Shown: positions 25,050 through 38,855 of the stretch, one piece after another
How the letters are laid out: each line of letters begins with the position of its first letter
How positions within the stretch are numbered: position 1 is the stretch's first letter
NCBI GenBank assembly: GCA_964016885.1
Contig: OZ024743.1
Span: 297,910,001 to 297,974,000 of the forward strand
Source: Eledone cirrhosa
Lineage: Eukaryota
Direction: 5' to 3'
DNA length: 64,000 nt
Position numbers and translations under genes: made by a program
Notes under the pieces: model-generated
Databases searched by the model: none
Told to the model about the DNA's origin: nothing
Seen by the model: only the letters and a program-made list of their open reading frames with translations

Positions 25050-25700
25050 CGTGTCACTGCGGATCCACCGTGGACTCTTTCGGCCTCCACCCGCTTTCTT
25101 GTCTTCACAGTGCCGGCCGCCTTCCACGCCATGCTGCCCTCAACGAGGTCGTAAAGCAGGGCTTGGATGTTGCAGGCTTCCCCTACCAGCTCGAGCCGGT
25201 GGGGCTGGGCTGAGGGGACGGCAAAAGGTCACACTGCATGACCATCTTCCCATTCCATGGTGGCAAACTCCTCGTCAGGGATGCCACTTGCAGCGACACA
25301 TTCTCCAACCGCAACCTGGTGCAGTCTGTGACTAACCCAGGTTCTGCTGCACTTCGTGCTGAGGAGGGCAAACTCTCAAAGTACCGGTTGCTCTCCGATA
25401 GGTTTGTGGTTGTGCCCTTGGCAGTTGAGACTTCTGGTGTCCTTGGCCTTAGGGCTACCTCCCTACTCACCACCATAGGCTCTGAGCTGACCAGCTGCAG
25501 GTGTGAGCCTCACGGGATGGAATGGCTCTTCCTGTGCATCTCCCTTACTATCCTCTGGGGAAACGCCTTCTTCATTCTGTCTGCCGGGGCTGTGGGGCGG
25601 CCAGCTCATGGGACCCCATTTGCTCACTATACAGAGAGATAGGAAGAGCGAGAGGAATGGAGGCGATGACAGTAGGAGTTCGGCTCTTCCGTGATCGGAC
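25050..25700 (+). mobile_element. CRE-like non-LTR retrotransposon RLE domain and 3' end
   Basis: MTIFPFHGGKLLVRDATCSDTFS...KLSKY...PLAVETSGVLG...ISLTILWGNA. Confidence 0.85.
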
Positions 25701-26099
25701 ACATTTCACCTGTCATATGGATCATGTGATAATTTCAATGCACCGAAAAAGTAGAGTTCAAACACTGAGACAACACCTTAAATTTAAAAAAAATATTTAA
25801 TGTTCATGCATACATCAGTGTGTTCAAAAAGGTGCCTGAAAGTGCTCTGAATATTTTCAGTTATCTATTCGTTGTGATCAAATAACATTTAACAAAATTT
25901 GTTTTCGTTGAGAGATTTTCTCTCGCTTTGTATATATTTAACATGTTGATCTACAGTTAAACTTTACATTGAATATTAATAATTGTAATTTATATCCAAG
26001 ATCTTGCCAAGTGATAGAAACATATGACATTAAAAATGAGACTACTCCGTATATTGAGTCACCACAACACTAGATATGTGTTGCTATTTTTATACCTAT

Positions 26100-26620
26100 A
26101 AACCTTCAATTAAACTTTCACACCACTCCTAATTCAACACCTCCACCCTCCTCTCCTTAGCCGAACTTCTTGCCATCAACTGCTTTTCTTTTCGGCAGAG
26201 ATTTACCAACAAGTTAATGAGGTGGCTATGGGAACAAGAATAGTCCTTAACTACTCCAACTTTTCTGTTGGCTACGTTGAGGCCCAGAACTTCTCATCGT
26301 TCAACATGCTCCCTCTCCCGCACACAACTTAATACTATCTTCTCCTATGTCAACTTCTTTCATCCGTCTCTCCTATACACGTCCACCATCTCCCACCTTT
26401 CCATCAACTTCCTTGACATCTCGGTTTCTATTCACCACCCAAACCATTTCCTCTCTATCCCCATCATCCAAAAATTAATTCATTCACGTCCGTCGTCTGT
26501 GTAGACGCAAACAGAACTTTAACTTGGTTGACCTCTTAGTTCACAGCTCCTCTCACTCCACTTCTTTCACTAACCCAATAGCTACACCTTCCACGTTTCT
26601 AACTCTTTTATTTGCATTTC
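26100..26620 (+). mobile_element. Penelope-like RT fragment
   Basis: YQQVNEVAMGTR...GYVE and VNFFHPSLLYT...INFLDISVSI motifs. Confidence 0.75.
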
Positions 26621-26629
26621 ATCAAAGTC

Positions 26630-27135
26630 TAATCTTTTTCGCCCACATATTCCTAAGAAATTTTGTGGGGGAGAGTGCATTGGATCCTGTCAAGGAACCA
26701 TCTCCTGGATATTATCCAATCATCTTAATTGGGGTCTACCCCCTGTGTCTCCTGCCATTTGGTCTTGCTCATTCTTTCCTGAAGCATTTTAACCATATGC
26801 CGATGATATCAGAACTGTAATCTCTCAACTCAGAGAAGTAGTGACCCTACTGGAGCAACTCTCTAATCTCCGAGCTATGTACTCTATCGAGAAATGTTAC
26901 TCCAAAGACCCTTCAGAGGAACTCCATTTCGGCCACTTGTATTTGTGATTGTATTCTTTTGGTCATTCCCCAAGATTCATGACCATAAGTAAGGGTTGAC
27001 ATGAATACCGAATTGAAAATAGTGAGTTTGGCTTTTACATCTACCTCCCTTCTGATTATCAAATGCTGAAGCTGGCGCATTACTGCACCAGCTCCTGCAA
27101 TTATTGCACTTAATTCAACCCCCTGCCTTCCACCA
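26630..27135 (-). mobile_element. RTE LINE fragment, older family
   Basis: Homologous to 37115-37800 and 55290-56000. Confidence 0.7.
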
Positions 27136-27479
27136 CTTTACATTGGCCAAATGGTACATCACTGTGATATTCGTCTTGCTGGTGACTCCTTTCACCCAAA
27201 CATTCGACTAACATTGTAAATGTGTTCAGAGTCAGTCAGTTTCCACCACTGGTGTAATCAATCCAGATTAAGTTGTGAACAGCAATTGCCCCCCCCCCCC
27301 TCTCTCTCCACACACATGCTGCATACACATATTTAGCTGCCTCTTTACACTACTACCTTTTTTTAAAAACAAAACACACTATTAAAGGGAACAATAACAA
27401 GGAAATGAAAAGAAAAAAGAATTAAGCAGAAAGGGAACAAAAGAAAGGGAAAGCAGGAGGGACAGACATTACATCCCAG

Positions 27480-27625
27480 TCTGAATAGTGTTTCAACTGC
27501 GCACCACAGACAAATTGGCCAGAGACACCCACTGTAACAGCCACCTCACCTCACATGGCTTCTTCCTCAGGCAGGCTGCTGTCTTTCCGATTTTATGGAG
27601 GAAATCAGTAGTGCAGGGACTCCAT
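27480..27625 (-). mobile_element. CRE-like RLE 3' relic
   Basis: TDFLHKIG...CEVRWLLQWVSLANLSV; similar to 40930-41030. Confidence 0.6.
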
Positions 27626-27732
27626 GTCATTTGTATCATTCCTACTCTGATACGGTTCATGTAAGCTGGTACACAATGAAGTATTAGTATATGAATGAAT
27701 GTAAAAAAGTAGCACCCTGTCTCCATATTCAT

Positions 27733-29645
27733 TCATCATCATCATCATCATCATCAACGTTTAACGTCCGTGTTCCACGCTTGCATGGGTTTGGACGGGG
27801 GTTTTCCCACTTGAGGCAAGAGTGGTTGTCTTGCTCGCATAGGACTGTCTGGCGGGTTTTCTACAGTTGGATGCCCTTCCTAACACCAACCACATTTACA
27901 GTGTGGGGCTGGGAGGTTTTTACCGTGTTGCCTACACGGCCACATTTACAGCGTGGACTGTGTGTTTTTTTGTCGTGACACCTACACGATCTCATTTGTT
28001 TCGGCCTGGATGTTGTGGGACCAACATAACTTTACATTGAAAGGGGCGGTGTGGATGGGGTGGAGGTGGTGGGACGGGGGGGGGGGGTTGATAGAGATGC
28101 CTACTGACTGTAGTAGGTTTTACTTTGTATTTAGGTAAGGCGGGTCTTCTCTATTACTGAGTACCGCCAAAGGTCTCGGTCCAGTGACATTGTCTTGGAG
28201 AGGTGTAAGCGTGTGAGGTCGGAATTTATCAGCTCGTCCCATGTTTTTCTGGGTCTGCCTACTCCGTGGCTACCGTCTATCTTTATTGCCCTGCACTTTG
28301 TTATACAGCTGTCGTCTTTCATGCGCATCACGTGACCGTACCAACGTAGCCTTCTCTCGAGTAAACAACATCTGATCCCTCTTATTTCTAATTTTTTCCT
28401 TAGTTCGTTTATGCTTTGCCGTTCACGTATATTACTATTGCACATCCAGCGGAGCATGCAAGCTTCGTTCCTCTCTAGTCTGCGTATATCCTCTGCACAC
28501 AATGCCCAGGTCTCACTGCCATGCAGCATTGCTGTTCGTATGCAGGCATCGTATAACCTGCCTTTCATTTTTAGGGAGAACCCTCTAGCGGCTAATAGTG
28601 GTATAAGCTCTCTGAACTTTTTCCATCCAGTTCTGACTCTAGCTACTGTACTTTCAGAGCACCCTCCCCCACTGCTGATTTTGTCACCCAGGTAACGGAA
28701 GCTGTCCACTATTTCTATAGAACCCTCTGCGCAGTTGAAGGAGCTAGTATTTTGTGGGCACTTGCTGCTACTTATATCCCCAGAACACTGGCCACATGTA
28801 AAATCTATGTTCTTAGTTAGCTTACCTGTGATCCCACTACATCTTTTATGCACCCAAACTTTGCATTTGGGACACAAAATGGAGTTTCTACCTACGCCTT
28901 TCCTACACACTGAGCATGGCCATTTCCCAGATGGGACTGCCGCCTTATTTTCTTTCCTACAAACTAGAACTTTAGTCTTAGCCAGGTTAATTTTAAGGCC
29001 TTTTGATTCTAGGCCGTGCTTCCATGTTTGGAATTTCTTCTCTAGTTCGGTCATTGATTCAGCTATGAGCGTTAGATCATCTGCGTATAGGAGTTCCCAT
29101 GGGCAGCCGGTCTTGAACTCCTCTGTTATAGCCTGAAGGGCAATAATAAATAGTAGGGGGCTAATAACAGAGCCCTGATGGACACCAACTTTTACGCTAA
29201 ACTCTTCACTATATTCGTTGTTAATTCTAACCTTACTGACTGTTTCTTTATACATGGCTTGTATAGCTCTCACAAGCCATTCGTCAACACCTAGTTTTCT
29301 AAGAGACCACCAGATAATGGAACGGGGGACTCTGTCGAAGGCTTTCTCCAAGTCGACAAAAGCTAAGTATAGGGGTTTACTTTTAGCTAGGTACTTCTCC
29401 TGTAGTTGTCGTACAATGAAAAGAGCGTCTGTGGTACTTTTGCCTGACACAAATCCGAACTGCATTTCATCTAGATCAATTCTCTCTCTGATTAGTTGCG
29501 CTATTACTTTTTCCGTGACCTTCATGACCTGGTCGATTAATTTAATGCCTCTATAGTTACTCCTATCTAGGGCATCTCCTTTTCCCTTATAGCAGTTAAC
29601 GATGATGCTGCTACGCCAGTCCTTCGGAACAACCCCATTCTGTAC
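27733..29645 (-). mobile_element. 5'-truncated RTE-clade LINE (family A) with an intact RT-PHD-C-terminal frame
   Basis: ORF 28131-29645 contains NYRGIKL, QFGF, AFVDLEKAFDRV, GVHQGS, LLYADDL and RRLRWYGHVMR. (GAT)n tail at 27733-27756. Confidence 0.96.
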
Positions 29646-30859
29646 AAACACACACATATATGCAAAAATTAAATGAAAACAACATAGTAAAAGTTTAACA
29701 CTTGATATAGTTTTGGACACTAGTCCTTCATCAGAAGATACAATGAGAAATAAAAGATGTTATAGAACAATAGAGAGTGAGAATAAAGAATGGAAAAAAA
29801 AATTTGAGCCCCACTTTTACCATTGATTTTTTTTTTTTGTCACTTATTTCTTGGCTTATATATACAGTAAATATTCTTTGGTATACTTATAGCGGTTATG
29901 ATATTGCAAATATTCAATAGCGTTCATTATGATGTCATAAATAACAGTTCATCATCTAATAAAATTTCATTTTTCTTCCTTTGCTTTTCTTTAATTTGCT
30001 TCTGAAGATGTACAATCAATCAATGATAATTAGCTAGGTTCAATATATATATAGTTTTTCTTTTGTTTTATTTTATTATATTGTATTTTCTTAGTGATGT
30101 ATTGAAACAATTGTAAAGCATTAAGTAATTTAAGAATTTTTGCTCTATCATCTGAAAGTGTCTTTCCTGGTCAGTTTATTTTGAAAATAAATAATTGTTT
30201 CTACTTTTGGCACAAGGCCAGCAATTACCCAGTACTGGTACTTTATTCTATCGACCCCATAAGGATGAAAGGCAAAGTTGACCGTAAAGAGATGTAACTA
30301 TGCTGGAAAGCATGGCATCCGACCCTCTACCAATACTGCCAATAATGACCACGAAAGACAATCTCTGATTTCTCCAAGGTCTTCCCTGGCAGATATCTCT
30401 TGATAATTGGTATTCCCAGGCAGATACCTCAAAATATTGGGACTAATAAATTACTAAGGTAACAATCAGTTATTCTTGTCCTTCTCCCACATTTTGCTTT
30501 CAACCTCACCTCTTTCAATTCCCTTCCAACTTGTTGCCTTGGTACTTCAAACCCACCTGCATTATACAGCTTCCTAAACATATCTACTTTTCATATATAT
30601 TTATATAAATGAAAGTTTGGTAAAATCGAAGCTTCAGCTGTAGCCAAGCCATCGAGATACGAAGAATGTGCTGCCAAGCACTCGATGAGGAGTCTCAGAG
30701 TAATAACATTCTTTAGACGGCATAACAAATTGAAAGCTGTGGCAGGCAGATCCAGCCACGACACAGAAGCAGCTAGAAAACCAACAGGTTAATAAAAAGC
30801 ATATATATATATATCATGACAAAAGACTAAAGACAATAAAGTGTTTGTTACAGTGTCAC

Positions 30860-31792
30860 AGTAAAAAGCACCTAGTCCACACTGTAAAGTGGTCATGTAG
30901 GTATCACAACAAAAAACACCCAGTTCACATTGTAAATGAGGTTGGCTTTAGAAAGGGCATCCAGCCATAGAGACCAAGCCAAAAACAGTTCTGAATTAGC
31001 AAGACATGGCAACCTGACCTGATTTGCCTCAAATGGGACAACCCATCTAACCCATGCTAGCATGGAAAATAGACATTAAATGATGATGATATATATATAT
31101 ATATATGAGAAGTTTAGAGAGCTACTCTCACTATTGACAACAAAAGGTCGACTGTGTGTGAAGTGCAATACTGCATTTAACCATTTCACTAAACTACCCT
31201 GACCACCAGTTTTTGTCACTATTTTTTATAGGGATTTTAAGAGTTAAGTTGTCAGCCACGAAGATGCTGTATGTTGTTTTGCTTCACAAATTATTCAAAG
31301 GAAACCAGGTGCCCCTTGTGGCGAGCAATTAAGTGTGGGTCTTATCCTATTTTTTTCTTTTTATTATATAAATTGTTTATATTTGTATGCATGATTACAT
31401 GAAATAAATATATAGCTAGAAAGCTGTACTGGTAACACGACAAAAAGCACCCTGTCCACCCTGTAAGGTGATCATGCTGGGGACACAACAAAAAGTGCCC
31501 AGTTCACCCTGTAAGGTGGACGTGCTGGTGCCATGATGATAAAGCACCTAGACTACCTTGTCAGATGGTTGTTTTGGCCCATGTTAAAACGTACCTAGTC
31601 CACACTGTAATTTGAATGGCATCAGGAAGAGCATCCAGCCATAGAAACCAAGCCATAAATAGTTCCATATGAGGAAGACACAGTCACCTAACCTGACTTA
31701 TCTCATAAAATAACAACCCGTTTAACCCATGCAAGCTTGGAAACATAGATGTTAAATGGTCATGATTGTGATGATGATGATGATGATGATGG
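30860..31792 (+). mobile_element. RTE 3'-UTR relics with (GAT)n tails
   Basis: AAGGGCATCCAGCCATAG...AACCCATGCTAGCATGGAA...GATGATGAT matches the RTE 3' UTR; similar pieces at about 33830-34055 and 35920-36300. Confidence 0.65.
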
Positions 31793-31867
31793 CATGTAAA
31801 CATTTGATTAATTTATGAAGCATTGGGAAGATTTGAAATTTGAAATTGTATATAATAGTTGATAACT

Positions 31868-32340
31868 ACAAGGTACACTCAAGAGGTTTTGAGACTTTTA
31901 TCAGAAAGATATTTAACTCAGATCAACACAAAACTCTAATCTCCCTCAAAATAGGATCCTCCAACTTCAATGCACTTGTAGTTCTCCAGCTGCTTCTGGA
32001 AGGCCCTCTTGTAGTCTAAAGTGAAGGTATCCAGAGCACTTGTCACATTCTCCTTCATCTCCTCCACATCCTCAAAGCTGATACCCCTGAGCTTCTCCTA
32101 CAGCTTCGGGAACATCCAGAAGTTGCATGTGGCTAAGTGTGGACTGTAGGGGGATGAGGGACAGTCATGGTCCCCATATCAGCCAAGTAGTTGGTCACCA
32201 GGATGGATTTGTGGCAGGCGGCATTGTCCTAACGCAGGTGCTACTAACCAGAATTGAAGAGTTCTGGTCTGTTGCAATGAAATCTCTTTCTGAACTGCCT
32301 CAAAACCTCTACATAGTACTCTTTGTTGACTGTTGACCAC
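31868..32340 (-). mobile_element. Tc1/mariner transposase relic
   Basis: Minus strand QDNAACHKS...VPHPPYSPHLATCNFWMFPKL resembles the mariner HPPYSPDLAPCDF motif. Confidence 0.8.
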
Positions 32341-35300
32341 TCACCAGGTGTTTTAATCCTTAAATTATCTTATAGTGGAGAGTCATTATATTTTCTTAAA
32401 TATAACTTGTATGCTTTATAATGTGTGTAGTACATCAACATCATCACAGTTTAACATCCATTTTCCACACTAGCATAGGTTAGATGAGTTGTCCCATTGT
32501 GAGACAAGTCAGATCAGATGACCATCTCTTGCTCATACAAAACTTTTTGGCTAGGTTTCTATGACTGGATGCTCTTACACAAACCACATAATTTGATTGT
32601 TGTATATGTTTTTTCTCAAACTCATATTCATCAAGTATGAACAATACTGAGTATCTAGAAAACAAGTTACCTTGACTATATCAAATCTCAGATCTTAGTT
32701 GAAATTCCACCAGAATCATTTTTAATCCTTTGGAAGAGCTGTGGGGTCAATAAAAAAAATATCAGTGTTAATTTTGTTTCAGTTTAATTGACTCTATTAC
32801 TTTGTTTTTTTTTTGTTTTTTTTTAGTAAAGTAATAATGCTTTTGTTGACAATACTCTTGTCAGCTCTACGCACAATGACGTCTCTGATCGCTAACTTAG
32901 GATGACCCCAGTTCCATTGAGCAAGAGCAAAGAAGAAGACTTTGCTCTACAAAGTATCCTTCTTTCTGACCAAAATAAAATATTTTCATTATTTGGGGTT
33001 TCATAGGGCAGTATCGGTAGAGCATTGGACAATATGCTTTGCAGCAAGTCCCTTTATGTTCTGAGTTCAAATCCTGCTGAAGATAGCATTACCTTTCATT
33101 TTTATGGGGTCAATAAAATAAAATACCAGTAACACACTGGTGTTGATTTAATCAACTTTCCCCTCCCTGAAAATTGTTGGCCTTGTATGTAGATCAGAAA
33201 CCATTATTTGAGCTATCATTTTCCATACAAAATTATATTAGACAGAAAATAACAATAATCTCATTCCTAAAATAAACATTGTGTCAATGTACTGACACCA
33301 TCATCAAATTTTCAACTAATGAAGACTTAATTCTGAAACACATTGATTTCAGAGTTAAAGTTAACAATCCTATCCACTTTGTTAATGATTGAAGCATGTG
33401 TTTAACCCATGTCTGGTATTAGTATTTGGTCCAGCACTGACATGAAATGAACTGTCCTATCTATATTTAATGTAACTGCCTTATTTACATGTAATCTCTC
33501 TCTCTCTCTCTCAGTATATTACTATTATTATAGAGCTATACAGTATGTATAGTATATATAAGTATAAAATAGCTAGTCCTCTAGATGTATGACTACTGTT
33601 CTGATTAGCAAGCACAGCTAATGGCAATTAGATGTATATCACTTAGTAGTAGGCAGAATCACCTGTTGCATCATAATATCATTATCATACTTTATTCTGC
33701 ACATTACATTAGGACCCACTACAAAGGAGCTTATTGTAAATCTTTTTCCATAATGACATGTGGATTTATCAGTTCTCCTTCCTACTACCCCTACCTCATC
33801 CTCCCACTTCCACCCACACCACCTTTTCTCTGTAAAGTTATGTTGGTACCACAGAACATCCAGTACACACTAAGGTGGTCATGTAGGTGTTACAACAAAA
33901 AGCTTCCAGTCCACACTGTAAATGTGGTTGATGTTAGGAAGGGCATCCAGTCATAGAAAACCTGCCAGATACCTGCCGATCAATCTTGCCTCAAGTGGGA
34001 CAATTCCCGTCTAACCCATGCTAGCATGGAAGATAGACGTTAAACAATGATGATATCATCATTATCATCAAATTTTAATTTTGATAGTTATATTTATATA
34101 ATAAATATGTTTAAAAAGAATTTTCTTCTTTTATTATTTTTTTTAAAAATAAAATGTAATTTTCTATTTCATGAGACTGTGGATCATTTTGTGTAACATT
34201 TTCACAAATTTCAATTCTAGTTAACAACTAGAATCTTTTATTACTGGATTTATCAAAACCTATCTAAAATTCCATAAAACTGTTTTTTGTTTTTTTTTCT
34301 TCTGATATCCATATCTGTTTGATATATATATCATCAATTGGTCAGAAAGTCTGTGAATTGATTTTCCTGATTTTCTAGTACACATTATCATCATCAGCAT
34401 TTTGTGTCCAGAATACTCATTAGATATTCAGAAAATCACTAGAAGTGGTAGAAAGCTTTTGCTATCTAAATCTCATTAGTGGTGGAGGTGGTGTGCATCA
34501 AAGGTTTTATAGCCTGAGTGAAAAAAAGGATGGAAGAAGTGCAGGGAGCTACTGGCAACAAAGGGCTTCTCTCTCAGAGTGAGGATTACACTGTACGGTG
34601 CCTGTATGTGACCTGTAATGTTACCAAGCAGTGAGACATGGGTCTTGACTGCAGACTACTTGCAAAGGCTAGAAAGAAATGAAGCAAGTATGCCTTGATG
34701 TGTAATATTAGTGAGTATGAATAACATACCATAAGAGAGAAACTGCATAAGGTGTGCAAGAAAGAAGACTGCATTGGTATGTCAGTGTGGATGAACACAT
34801 AGCATAAGTGAACTGAGAGAAAAACTTGGCATAAGAGAATTGCATAAAGTGTGCAAGAGAGAAGACTGTGTTGGTATGGGAAGGTGATCCATATGAAAGT
34901 TTACAACTGTATAAATAAAGTGCAGTGAAATCTCAGTGAATGGACTTATGGAAGTGACAGAATTCTCTACCTCTTTCTGTTGAAACTGGCTGTAATTGGT
35001 CGCCCAAACTGATGTTAAGGTATTGGTCTCAAAATAAATACTTTCAAAATCTCATAGATTCGATATTATGTGTGGTAAAGCCTTTACCATGAAAATATAA
35101 TAGTATATATAAAATAATGTGAATGCTAAAGGTTTAAAACCAGCCAGATTTCTCTCATCTCTTTCTGTTCAAACCAGTCATAACAAGTTGCTCATACTTA
35201 TGTTAAGGTATTGTTCTCAAAATAAATAATATTAAAATCTCATAGATTCGATATTATGTGAAATAAAATGTTTACTATGAAAATACAATACTAGATATAG

Positions 35301-37114
35301 AGTAATGTACATGCTAAAGGGTTAAGAAACTGAACCTTACAACGAAGATGAGAAAGGACTGCAAGGATTAGCGACATACTGTTCAGGTAAAGACCCTCCT
35401 ACTGGCAAATAAATTCACCCACTTCCACCAGTAGCTATTTTCACCAACACCCTCCAACACATTCATGCCTCTCTCCATCATCATTACTAGGATCAACACC
35501 CCGATCCTCTTAATTCCTAACACCCTCATTCCAGGATCACATTACTCCTAAAATAATTATTTCTACTTTTGGCACAAGGCCAGCAATTATACAAATGCAT
35601 TACTGGTGCTTTATTTTATCGACCCCATAAGGATGAAAGGCAAAGTTAACCTCGGCGGGATTTAAGCTCAGATCGTAAAGGGTCATAACTGTATGCTACA
35701 AAGTATGGTGTCTGATACTCTACCGATACTCTCTGTAACTGAAATAATCACAGTAACTCCCAGGCTATTGGTGGCCAACCTTCTCTTCCTACTCATTACC
35801 CCACCACACCTGTCATACACCCATGACACCATACTCATCATCCTCTTAACCCCAGCCCATCCTAATGTTCATCCCACCTTAGCATAGGGTAGAGAGAGCC
35901 TTTCACTTTAGTAAATGACTGACAACCTCTCTAGTGCTAGTGCCACAAAAAAAAGCACCCAGTACGCCTACACATAAGGTAGTTGATGATAGGAAGGCAT
36001 TCCCCTGTAGAAACCATGCCAAAAAGGATCAAGAGAACTCTCCTGTTGTATCAAAAGTATGACAACTTCTATAGTGTTAGCGATCTACATAATAAACACA
36101 CTCAGTACATTTGCCAAATAAGCGGTTAGGGAGACCCATCAGCTAACCACCTTGGTGTTGGTGATTTACACGATGTGCACAGTATGTTCTGTTAAGTGGT
36201 TGGTGATAGGAAAGGCATCCAGTCATAGAAAACCTTCCTAACAAAGGGTCGGAAGGACTCTTCAGCTGTGTCAAAGACATGACAATCTCTTTAGCACTGG
36301 TGTTACTGAAAAATGTTCAGCACTGTATGTGAGATCTAGGTTGCCAGCCTGTTGAGAGAGGCTGGCAACCTAGTTTGCAGGAATGCGTGTAAGATGCAGA
36401 CACCTGGCCTAGCTGTAGAGTCAGTGCCGCCACCTTAATACCCATCCAACTCTTGTTAACAAGGAAAGTGGTTTGATGATAGGTAAGAATCATTGAACTG
36501 TGAATTAGGAATGGAATCAGTTGTTAGTGATGTAGACTGTGGCAAGCAGAATAATGGGATTCATTTGAAAACAACACTACTCAGTGTGTCCAGTTTAGAA
36601 TAGGTACACTATATCCATGTGTGTCATAAGAGACAACCAGCTGTAAAAGAACTCCATTGATAAGTATAAAGCCTACCAGAGGAAGCAAAAGATTCATCCA
36701 TTCTCTAGCAGGGGAAATGGCCCTAACAGGATTATTGTTATTAGATACAACACAATAGTTGTAGGGTTTGATCATATGTCCGTGTGTCCAATAATTTTTG
36801 CACTTTAGTTTCACAAGCCTTTTGCTTCATATTATTCACCAATAGAGAGGGTGGTGGATTGACTGAATTGTTAGAACGTAGGAGAAGTGATTAGCAGTAT
36901 TTGTTCTCACTTTTTATGTTCTAAGTTCAAATTCCACCGAGGTTAGCTTTGCCTTTCATTTTCATGGGGTTGATAAAATAAAGTACCAGTAATGCACTGA
37001 AGTCGATTTAATCAACTTTCTCCCCCTCAAAATTGTTGGCCTTGTACCCAAGTCAGAAAACATTCCCCAATATATTGTAATTTAATATAGATATCAAGTC
37101 AAAGATAATTTGTA

Positions 37115-38810
37115 TTTCTTCTTTGCCCACTTATTCTTGAGAGAGTCGTTGGAGCAGAGTCCTCAAACATTCCTTCCAGCAGTCCTGTCAGAAGCAACTG
37201 ACTCCAACTGATCTGGCTGTATCCCCAAGGGTGACCAGCCAAGCCAATGGATGCTATCCAACAATCTTGCTCAAGGTCTACCCCTGGGTCTCGTGCTGAT
37301 TGGTTTTGCATGTAAAATCTGTCCAGCGATTCTTTCCTGAGACATTCTAACCACATGCCTATAGTATTAGAGCTGTGATCTCTCAATTTGGAAAAGTAGT
37401 GGTTCTATTTAGTAACAGTACTCCAAAGACCCGTCAGGGCAACCCCATTTCAGCTGCTTGTATTTGTGATTTGTATACTTTCGGTCATTACCCAAGATTT
37501 ATGACCATTGGTAAGTGTTGGCATGAATACCAAATTGAAGAAAGCGAGTTTAGCTTTTATACCTACCTTCTTCTGATTACTGAATTCTGAAGCTGGTGTA
37601 TTAATGCACCAGCTTCTGCGATTCTGGCACTGTATTCAGCTTCCTGCCTTCCACTACTCATGAACACAGCCTCAAGATACCTGAACTCTCCACTTGCTTA
37701 AGTAGAACTCCATATGTAAAGTGCATTGTATAAGTTCCTTGAGAGGACAAGTGTCTCAGTTTTTGCAGCACTGATTTTCATTCCAGCCATGCAGCACTCG
37801 GCATCAAACCTATCGAGTGCGAGTCGAAGATCACTTTCTTACGTAACACCATGTCGTCTGCAAATTCCAGCTGAATGATTTTACACCTGCCAATCATGAT
37901 TACACTTCCTACCCGGCTGCGCATGTCAATCCTGTTTTGGAATCCTTCTCCCATCTGGCACCATACCAAGCTTCTTTCGCCCACAAGCATTTAACAGTTG
38001 AAACAGAAACTGCTGGGCTGAACAATCTCCACTCTGTCTCAACAACCTCAGTTTGCTCAGGGAGTTCTCTGTATTTGGATGCAATAGTGTCTATATACCT
38101 GGTCCTGACTTACTCATCTGCTAATGCTTCCCACTTTATCCTCTAGATCACCCTGGACTTGCCAGTTTTGTGGGCTTATTTAGCTTTAGGTAGTTGCAGA
38201 TAACTAAATGGTGATCAGTTGACAGCTCAGCCCCTCTCTTAACGCAAACATCCAGCATAGAATCAAAGAGATCAGAGACAATAACAAAATCAATTATTGA
38301 TCTCTCTCCCTGATTCACCTTATACCATGTATATTTATGGATGTCTCTGTGCAGGAAGGTGTTCATAAAAGAGAGTCCATTGCTAGAACAGAAGTCTAGC
38401 AAGGTCTCTCCATTCATATTTAGATCAGGGTCATTCTTCCTTCCAATCAATCCTTTCGATGCCAGGTGGTCAGTGCCAACATGTGCATTGAAGTCTCCCA
38501 TCGGGATGTAGAGGAGGCTAGATGTAGGGTTTCCTCACAAAGTTCAGTGGCTCTGAAACTAGATTTCCATGGAAGATGGAAACTCCACTATTCAGCTGTG
38601 GTGCCAGAAATGACTGCACAGGTAGGAGTGGGAATACTCACAAGCCACCAGCTGTCGGAATGTGTTATGGATTGGATCCCATTAGGAGGGAAGATTTGCC
38701 TCTAGAACCTAAGGCTGAAACAGATCTCTGTGGGGGGTGCAAGTTTATGCACTAAACAAACAGTCCGAACACAGATCCTTCCTTGATGAAGTCACTGCAG
38801 TGTTAGATGT
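37115..38810. mobile_element. Rearranged old RTE LINE (EN and RT fragments)
   Basis: MGDFNAHVG...IDFVIV...STDHHLV (38148-38501, -), LEFADDMVL, and a plus-strand EN N-terminal piece at about 38505-38810. Confidence 0.8.
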
Positions 38811-38855
38811 AATTAATTAGTATTCCATTAATGAAAATTCAATTAACAACACATT

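Noticed and set aside
29646-29720. Signal-peptide-like start of the 529-aa RT ORF
   Set aside because: Flanking DNA fused by chance to a 5'-truncated LINE
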